Below are positions 57,658 through 64,000 of a stretch of 64,000 nt of DNA, piece after piece (position 1 is the first letter of the stretch; each line of letters begins with the position of its first letter). The notes under the pieces are model-generated. The model ran no database searches, was not told the DNA's origin, and saw nothing but the letters and a program-made list of their open reading frames with translations. The position numbers and the translations under genes were made by a program. The DNA comes from a virus. Its lineage: Duplodnaviria > Caudoviricetes. The stretch is taken from the IMG/VR virus record IMGVR_UViG_2654588048_000003, positions 14,809-78,808 of that record. One strand, given 5' to 3'.

Positions 57658-58335
57658 ATGGGAACCGCAACACTCATACTCGGTGAATCTGGTACAGGGA
57701 AGAGTGCCAGTCTACGCAACCTCAATCCAGAAGAGACATTGTTAATCCAGACGGTCAGGAAGCCATTACCGTTTCGCTCCGCAGTATGGAAGCCCTTTAA
57801 TAAAGAAAACCCCGCTGGCGCTATTTGCTCCACGGATAATTGGCAGCAAGTCATAGCCGTGATTAAGGCGGCTCCCAAGCATGGCAAGACAACTATCATC
57901 GTTGATGACTTTCAATACCTGATGGCTAATGAATTTATGCGCCGTTCGGAAGAAAAGTCCTTCGATAAATTCACTGAAATAGGCTCTCACGCATGGAACG
58001 TGATTGATAACGCCATCAGACAAACGCCAGACAACTTACGGATCTACTTCCTCTCTCACACGGAAGAATCCCAGCAGGGAAAAGTGAAGATGAAGACCAT
58101 CGGTAAGATGCTGGATGAGAAAATCACAGTGGAAGGGATGTTCACTATCGTACTGAAAACACTGGTCAAGGATGGACGCTATCTGTTCACTACCCAAAAC
58201 AACGGGTTCGATACCGTCAAATCCCCAATGGGACTGTTTGACTCATTCGAAATTGAAAACGACCTGAAAACCGTAGATGACGCTATTTGTGAGTATTACG
58301 ACCTAGAAACCCACACAGAGGAAACAACTATATGA
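57658..58335 (+). CDS. Sak4-like AAA_24 recombinase
   Basis: GESGTGKS, IVDDFQY, KTIGKMLDEK, KSPMG. Confidence 0.88.
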   Translation: MGTATLILGESGTGKSASLRNLNPEETLLIQTVRKPLPFRSAVWKPFNKENPAGAICSTDNWQQVIAVIKAAPKHGKTTIIVDDFQYLMANEFMRRSEEKSFDKFTEIGSHAWNVIDNAIRQTPDNLRIYFLSHTEESQQGKVKMKTIGKMLDEKITVEGMFTIVLKTLVKDGRYLFTTQNNGFDTVKSPMGLFDSFEIENDLKTVDDAICEYYDLETHTEETTI

Positions 58336-58937
58336 ACAATGTTCTTTTTACCTACGACCAAGAATCAGCCATGAGTGCCGGACAAGGCGGTTTTATAAAT
58401 GAAAGCGGCGCATATGTTATCACCATTAACGAAGCAAAACTGACCACCGCCCAATCTGGCGCTGAGTTCATTGAGTTCTCTGGTGAGACGGATGACGGTC
58501 GCAAAGTCAGTTATCTCAGTATTTGTTGCAAGAAAAAAGATGGTTCAGTCAATGCATTCGGTCACAGCATGATACAGGCCATCATCGGATGTTGCGGTCT
58601 TCGTCAGATAACTAGCCATATGGTTTCTGTTAATAACCTGATTGCACCAGAATTCACGGGTAAACGTGTTGGTCTGGTGCTGCAAAAGATACTGAGAACA
58701 AAGACGAATGGATCTGATACCTACGGAATGGATATCCGCATCCCGTTCTATGCCGACACGCGTCAGACTATTGCTGAGAAAGTTGAAGGGAAGCCAGCAA
58801 CTACAGTAGATAAAGTCATAGCAAATCTGAAAGACAAGGATAACCGAAAATCAGTTAATTCTAACTCACCATCGCAATATTACGCCCAACAGGATACACC
58901 ACCCGCAGATTGGGATGATCAGGGTATTCCGTTCTAA
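58332..58937 (+). CDS. SSB-like protein
   Basis: Follows Sak4; acidic tail DDQGIPF. Confidence 0.75.
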   Translation: MNNVLFTYDQESAMSAGQGGFINESGAYVITINEAKLTTAQSGAEFIEFSGETDDGRKVSYLSICCKKKDGSVNAFGHSMIQAIIGCCGLRQITSHMVSVNNLIAPEFTGKRVGLVLQKILRTKTNGSDTYGMDIRIPFYADTRQTIAEKVEGKPATTVDKVIANLKDKDNRKSVNSNSPSQYYAQQDTPPADWDDQGIPF

Positions 58938-59013
58938 CGCCATTCGGCAATCCAAATAGAAACATCTAACCCCAACCATTAACTAACCCCACCTCAGTGG
59001 CGGGAGGAATTAC

Positions 59014-59607
59014 ATGTCTAAAACTGTTATGTACGACTCACCAGAGGCTGCCAGTATTAAAACCGTCACTGGCTGGGTCTCTCGCAATGGTCAATTTTGG
59101 GGTGATGATGAGCGGATGGCCCGTTACTGTGGGGCCACTCATCGTCAGTGTGAAAATAACCCTAACCACCCAATTATAGCAATGCGTGACTATTGTGAAC
59201 TCTGTCATACAGAAGAACGCCACAACCGATTTAACGCAATGGAACGCCAGCAATGGGACAGAGAAACCCCGCTAGTCATTTTTGATACTGATCAGTATTT
59301 CATGGACGAGGATGACCTCGACGACTATTGCGATGAGCATCAGATTAAACCATCAGAATTACAGTTGGTTATCTGCGAACCCAATCACCCATCTGAAATA
59401 GATGGCGAGGATTATTTTCATGACGTTCTGCCACCGGATGGCGAATTGCCATATGAATTACAGCAGGCGTTTAATGCGTTAAATGCCGTTATTCGCAATA
59501 GCCCGCCGTTATCGTGGTCGCAGGGTAAATATGCGGCAATAGTTTCTGACGATGTTAAATCGAGGGAGGCTCATCATGCAGTTCACCCCATGGAACCCCA
59601 ATCCTAA
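59014..59607 (+). CDS. Conserved phage hypothetical protein
   Basis: TVTGWVSR.G.FWG.DE..ARY.G.TH..C. Confidence 0.75.
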   Translation: MSKTVMYDSPEAASIKTVTGWVSRNGQFWGDDERMARYCGATHRQCENNPNHPIIAMRDYCELCHTEERHNRFNAMERQQWDRETPLVIFDTDQYFMDEDDLDDYCDEHQIKPSELQLVICEPNHPSEIDGEDYFHDVLPPDGELPYELQQAFNALNAVIRNSPPLSWSQGKYAAIVSDDVKSREAHHAVHPMEPQS

Positions 59608-60007
59608 AGCAGCGCAGCGAGTCAATGACCCGCTCCCCGTTCCCACTCAATGCCGACATTGCCGCAGTCACGTAAAGATAGCCCATCACACGGAGGTGTT
59701 TGGGAAGACCCGGCATGACGACAAATGGCCGTGGTTCTATGTCTGCTGGTCATGTGATGCGCGCGTAGGAATGCACCCGGAAACAAACATACCACTGGGC
59801 TATCTGGCAGATAAACCGACACGGGAGGCGAGACGGAATGGCAAACAGGAATTTGAGGATATGCGAAAGAGAGGGAATTTTGAACGCACGGAGGCGTACA
59901 GATGGCTGGCATGGAGGCTGGGAATTAGTTTCAGGAAATGTCATTTCGGCTGGTTCAGTGCCGAAGTGTGTGAGAAGGCAGCGAATATATGCAGGGGGTT
60001 TAAATAA
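59576..60007 (+). CDS. DUF3268-like zinc-finger protein
   Basis: C..C, C..CDA.VG.H, PLG.LA, CH.G.F. Confidence 0.8.
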   Translation: MQFTPWNPNPKAAQRVNDPLPVPTQCRHCRSHVKIAHHTEVFGKTRHDDKWPWFYVCWSCDARVGMHPETNIPLGYLADKPTREARRNGKQEFEDMRKRGNFERTEAYRWLAWRLGISFRKCHFGWFSAEVCEKAANICRGFK

Positions 60008-60168
60008 TGAGAAATAAACGTCGTTTTAATTGTGGCAATGGATTTGGTTGCAGGTCTGGAATTTATCAGAATGGAGCAGAATAGGTTTAGGCCGTTTTGC
60101 TTCGTGGGTATTTCATCAAATGATTGGATGCAATTATCCAGTTAAGAAAATTAAATCAGGTGATAATA

Positions 60169-60393
60169 ATGGCTAAAATAATTTATGGGGGTGCATTCGG
60201 CATTAAATATAATCACCTGCCAAATTCTCAAAACAGCGATTACGTTACCTTGTGTGGCATTTCGCATGAATACATTCCGGATGGAAAATTAAAAACCGGA
60301 CGGGTGGATTGCCCTTTTTGCATTGAAATAGCCAGAGTTGTTTTTGAATCATGCTCCCGTGATGAATTAGAGGATAGCAAAAATGAACAATGA
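60169..60393 (+). CDS. Small Cys-containing protein
   Basis: TLCG, VDCPFC. Confidence 0.6.
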   Translation: MAKIIYGGAFGIKYNHLPNSQNSDYVTLCGISHEYIPDGKLKTGRVDCPFCIEIARVVFESCSRDELEDSKNEQ

Positions 60394-60676
60394 TGTTATG
60401 ACTAATTCAGATGTATACCAATCAACTGCAATGAAAACCACTAGTGATGTATATTTCTTTTATGTAACAAGAAACGGAAATACCAATAAAATAAAAATCA
60501 ATGGCTATCATTTTGATAATGAGATGTCAGTTGAGAAATTTGCTCCAATAACCATTCCTGAGAAATGCATACGCATTCTGCGTTGTAGATGTGGCTCTAA
60601 TGATTGGGGGGAGGATGGACGTCATATTAACGAATATTGCTGCAACGATTGTGGTCAATATATCACTGTTTATTAA
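60383..60676 (+). CDS. Small zinc-ribbon protein
   Basis: CRCG...CNDCG. Confidence 0.6.
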   Translation: MNNDVMTNSDVYQSTAMKTTSDVYFFYVTRNGNTNKIKINGYHFDNEMSVEKFAPITIPEKCIRILRCRCGSNDWGEDGRHINEYCCNDCGQYITVY

Positions 60677-60688
60677 AGGAGAACCATC

Positions 60689-60874
60689 ATGGATATTATC
60701 GACACAGCTAACGATGCCGTTGAGTTGACGGTATCCCATGCGCTCCAGAACCGGAAACCACCATTAACCAGCATCAACGGGATGTGCCGATGGTGTGAGA
60801 CTGAGCCAGCAACACACGGTGCATTCTGTAGTCGGGAGTGCGGGGAGGATTATGAGCGACTTCGGAGGAAGTAA
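60689..60874 (+). CDS. TraR/DksA-like C4 zinc-finger protein
   Basis: DIID.AN, C..C, FCS.EC..DYE. Confidence 0.75.
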   Translation: MDIIDTANDAVELTVSHALQNRKPPLTSINGMCRWCETEPATHGAFCSRECGEDYERLRRK

Positions 60875-61388
60875 CACCCCAAAAGAACTACGCGACCTCT
60901 GGCAAACTCCACTCCCGTTATTTCTGGCACTCGATTTAGAATTCAAATTCAAACTAGATGCCGCTGCCGATGCTCAAAATACCCTGTGCACCCACTATCT
61001 CACGGAACGAGATAACGCACTGGAATGCGACTGGGAGAGTTACGGCTCTATTTTCTGTAATCCACCCTATTCCAAGATTACGCCGTGGATAAAGAAAGCA
61101 ACCATCGAATGTAGGAAGCAATGCCAGTCTATTGTGATGCTCGTCCCCAATGATACCTCAGTAGGCTGGTTTAAATTGGCAATGGAGAGTGTAGATGAGA
61201 CTAGATTAATAACGGGTGGCAGGATTCAGTTTGTGCCAGCAGGAGTGAGAGGAAAGAATAGCAGCAATCCGAAAGGCTCCATGCTTTTAATTTGGCGGCC
61301 ATTTATTACCCCACGCAAAACAATAACCACGGTAGATAAAGAATATCTATTCGATATTGGCAATGAAAAATTGAGGAAAATAGCATGA
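60852..61388 (+). CDS. Phage N6-adenine methyltransferase
   Basis: D.WQTP, LDAAA, FCNPPYS. Confidence 0.92.
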   Translation: MSDFGGSNTPKELRDLWQTPLPLFLALDLEFKFKLDAAADAQNTLCTHYLTERDNALECDWESYGSIFCNPPYSKITPWIKKATIECRKQCQSIVMLVPNDTSVGWFKLAMESVDETRLITGGRIQFVPAGVRGKNSSNPKGSMLLIWRPFITPRKTITTVDKEYLFDIGNEKLRKIA

Positions 61389-61609
61389 AGAATAAATTGG
61401 AAGATTTGAATAACCATTTGTTCGCTCAATTAGAGCGACTATCTGACGAAAATATTCTGAATGAACAATTGGAAAAAGAATTTCGCCGTGCAAAATCTAT
61501 TTCAGACATTGCCATCCAGATAGTTAACAATGGGAAACTGGCACTTGATGTTAAAAAAGCCATCGGTAATCAAGACGTAGATTCTCTACCTAAATTTCTA
61601 GGTGGGTAA
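61385..61609 (+). CDS. Conserved protein upstream of HNH
   Basis: MKN.L.DLNNHLFAQLERL. Confidence 0.8.
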   Translation: MKNKLEDLNNHLFAQLERLSDENILNEQLEKEFRRAKSISDIAIQIVNNGKLALDVKKAIGNQDVDSLPKFLGG

Positions 61610-61611
61610 AA

Positions 61612-62193
61612 ATGGCTCAGTTTAAATACACTGATAAAATGAAAAATTGGATGAGGATTTATTACGGTTTACCAGTGCAAGAACTGACTGCTAAATTCAA
61701 TGAGCATTTCTCTGTTAATTACTCCAGTAAATCAATTCACGGATTCAGAAGGCGATTAGGGTTACGCACCGGGCGAACGGGACAATATCCAAAAGGGCAT
61801 ATTTCTCATAATGCGGGAACTAAAGGGTTAATGAAGCGTAACTCAGGCTCATTCAAATCAGGAAGTTCACCCCATAATATGTGCCCAATAGGAACTGAGA
61901 GAATTAGCAAGGATGGCTATGTTTATATAAAAGTGGACAGACCTAATATATGGAGATTGAAACACCGTATGATATGGGAAGAGCATCACGGTAAATTACC
62001 AGCAGGCGCTATTGTTATTTTCAAAGATGGTAATCAGAAAAATTATCAGATTGATAATCTACTTATGGTTACCCGCCGGGAAAATGTAATTTTAAATAAA
62101 TTTTACCCCAACACACCTGCTGAGTATAAACAAACCACTACGTATTTAGCGCGTATAATGATAGCAATTAATAATAAAGAGAGAGTGATATGA
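61612..62193 (+). CDS. HNH endonuclease (HNH_3-like)
   Basis: P.GTER..KDGY, HR.IWE.H.G, FKDGN..N..IDNL. Confidence 0.85.
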   Translation: MAQFKYTDKMKNWMRIYYGLPVQELTAKFNEHFSVNYSSKSIHGFRRRLGLRTGRTGQYPKGHISHNAGTKGLMKRNSGSFKSGSSPHNMCPIGTERISKDGYVYIKVDRPNIWRLKHRMIWEEHHGKLPAGAIVIFKDGNQKNYQIDNLLMVTRRENVILNKFYPNTPAEYKQTTTYLARIMIAINNKERVI

Positions 62194-62375
62194 AAGTCAC
62201 AATCGAAGTACCGAACAAGAAAGACCTTGATATGGCATTTGGATTAGTCACAGATTTCTTGAAGCAAAAAGATAGGAAAGTAAATGAATCTGCGTTCTTT
62301 ACTATTAACAATGAACGCTCGGGACGAATCAGGGAATCACATAAAGGCAATATCACGTGTCGCATCCATGACTAA
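62190..62375 (+). CDS. Hypothetical protein
   Basis: Coupled 61-aa ORF. Confidence 0.6.
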   Translation: MKVTIEVPNKKDLDMAFGLVTDFLKQKDRKVNESAFFTINNERSGRIRESHKGNITCRIHD

Positions 62376-62589
62376 CGAATTCGAGAACGGACGACGGCAG
62401 GTGGCAAGGGAGTGCTTGAAAGAACTTAAGCATCACAAAAAAAGAACAGACCAGCAAACCGCAACAATACTCACTCAGTACCTACCCCGATTTGAAACCG
62501 CTATGTCGCCACATCAAAAGAGCAAATTCTTGCCTGTGATGTGGCTGCGATACTACGTAGATATGATTGATAAGGAGATGAAGCAATGA
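62368..62589 (+). CDS. Hypothetical protein
   Basis: Coupled ORF MTNEFENGRRQVAREC. Confidence 0.65.
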   Translation: MTNEFENGRRQVARECLKELKHHKKRTDQQTATILTQYLPRFETAMSPHQKSKFLPVMWLRYYVDMIDKEMKQ

Positions 62590-62987
62590 GGCTCATCACT
62601 GATAATAATGAGATAGAAAGCATAACTTTATCCAGAAAGAAAGCGGCAGCGCTCATAGGGATTGATGTGGACACATTATCCCTATGGTGTCAGATAGGTA
62701 AAATAGCCTACACCAAGAAGAACCCCACCAAGCCAAACTCACCTTATTTATTTACACGCGCCGCATGTATTGCAGCAATCAACAATCCGATCCAAACTGT
62801 GCTTGTGAGCGCGGTAGATGCGACAGAGAAAGGAGATAAACAATGTCAATCTTCCGTAGAGGAAATACGTGGTATGGGAACTACACGACGCCAAGCGGCA
62901 AAAGAATTAAGGAATCTCTTGGGACAACGGACAAAAAACAAGCTCAGGAGTTGCACGACCGAAGAAAGGCCGAGTTATGGCGCATAG
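62586..62987 (+). CDS. xis: Excisionase-like HTH
   Basis: [11 protein letters not shown]; overlaps int 5' end. Confidence 0.75.
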   Translation: MRLITDNNEIESITLSRKKAAALIGIDVDTLSLWCQIGKIAYTKKNPTKPNSPYLFTRAACIAAINNPIQTVLVSAVDATEKGDKQCQSSVEEIRGMGTTRRQAAKELRNLLGQRTKNKLRSCTTEERPSYGA

Positions 62988-64000
62988 AAAGGTTGGGTGA
63001 TTTCCCTGATGTGACCTTTGATGAGGCGTGCTTGCGATGGATCGAGGAAAAAGCTGATAAGAAATCACTGGATGATGATAAAGGCCGCATGGCGTTCTGG
63101 TTGGAATATTTCGAAGGAGTAAGACTAAAGGATATCACCGAAGCCAGAATTTATACGGCAATCAGCAAGATGAGGAACCGCAAGACCAAACAGCGCTGGG
63201 AAAGTCGAGTTAAAGCCGCCCAGAAAAAAGGAAAAGAAGTCCCTGCATATACAGAAGTTTCCGTCTCGGTAGCGACCAAAGCAAAGCACTTAGCATTGAT
63301 GAAGTCTCTGCTAAGGGCAGCCGAACGAGATTGGAAATGGTTAGAGAAAGCACCCGTGATCAAGGTTCCAGCCGTCAGAGATAAACGTGTCAGATGGTTA
63401 GAGTCTCATGAAGCCCAAAGATTAGTTGATGAATGCCCCGAACCTTTACAGTCAATCGTCAAATTTGCACTGGCAACAGGATTAAGGCGCTCAAACATTA
63501 TCAATCTTGAATGGTCTCAAATTGATATGCAGAGGCAAGTAGCATGGATACACCCAGACCAAAGTAAATCGGATAGGGCTATAGGGGTATCCCTAAACGA
63601 AACTGCTTGCAGGGTGTTACGTGCCCAGATAGGAAATCATAATAAGTGGGTGTTCGTCCATACCAAACCATCAACTAATCCCGATGGAATGGTAATGCCT
63701 AATATCAGAAAGATGCGTGTTGATGATAACACAGCATGGAATTCAGCATTAAGGCGAGCTGGAATAGAAGATTTCCGATTCCATGATCTGAGACATACTT
63801 GGGCTAGCTGGCTGATTCAATCCGGTGTTCCATTATCCGCACTGCAAGAAATGGGGGGCTGGGAGTCAATTGAAATGGTCAGGCGATATGCTCATTTAGC
63901 GCCTAATCACTTAAGCGAGCACGCACGTAAAATTGATGAGCTTTTTGGAAATCTAGTCCCAAATCCGTCCCATTCGGGAAAAATTGTAGTTGCAAAGTAG
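62843..64000 (+). CDS. int: Tyrosine integrase
   Basis: [26 protein letters not shown]; TAG at 63998-64000. Confidence 0.97.
   Translation: MSIFRRGNTWYGNYTTPSGKRIKESLGTTDKKQAQELHDRRKAELWRIERLGDFPDVTFDEACLRWIEEKADKKSLDDDKGRMAFWLEYFEGVRLKDITEARIYTAISKMRNRKTKQRWESRVKAAQKKGKEVPAYTEVSVSVATKAKHLALMKSLLRAAERDWKWLEKAPVIKVPAVRDKRVRWLESHEAQRLVDECPEPLQSIVKFALATGLRRSNIINLEWSQIDMQRQVAWIHPDQSKSDRAIGVSLNETACRVLRAQIGNHNKWVFVHTKPSTNPDGMVMPNIRKMRVDDNTAWNSALRRAGIEDFRFHDLRHTWASWLIQSGVPLSALQEMGGWESIEMVRRYAHLAPNHLSEHARKIDELFGNLVPNPSHSGKIVVAK

Larger units (their letters stand above)
15719..64000. mobile_element. Prophage 2, temperate myovirus with lambdoid control region, apparently intact (~48 kb)
   Basis: Head, contractile tail, lysis, Q, nin, replication, immunity, recombination, xis-int; matching arm repeats at both ends. 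Confidence 0.93.

Noticed and set aside
169-63363. Many short antisense or nested ORFs in the track (e.g. 28702-29157, 28845-29315, 48470-48871, 56707-57057)
   Set aside because: Shadows of well-supported phage genes, without RBS or motifs.

Overview
The window holds two tandem prophages from an enterobacterial host; tail-fibre and DUF2829-fusion sequences suggest Xenorhabdus/Photorhabdus (inference). They meet at a 45-bp 3' fragment of tRNA-Arg(UCU) at 15719-15763, the att core. Prophage 1 (1-~15718, continuing left of the window) is an HK97-like lambdoid phage showing decay: an IS5-family element in its methyltransferase, a nonsense codon in the lysozyme, a shrunken early-left arm. It also carries a Tad2/DUF2829 fusion moron. 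Prophage 2 (~15719-64000+) looks intact: DUF2184 capsid, DUF3383 contractile tail, lambdoid control region, tRNA-Phe and a terminal tyrosine integrase. The most striking signal is in an accessory island between its tape-measure and tail-tip genes. Downstream of an mnt/arc/antirepressor module lies a non-coding array of seven 22-bp and one 23-bp near-perfect palindromes, all of different sequence (25443-25763). Palindromes of the same size also sit inside the coding sequence of all three unrelated antirepressor-type genes (P22AR-N, Bro-N, KilA-N). At five sites the palindrome is followed, exactly 6 bp away, by an IHF-consensus or IHF-like motif. I propose this palindrome+IHF module and its array as a candidate undescribed phage system (decoy/operator library, variable-cassette reservoir or structured RNA); its function is inferred, not shown. 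Family assignments come from motif recognition and synteny, not database searches.
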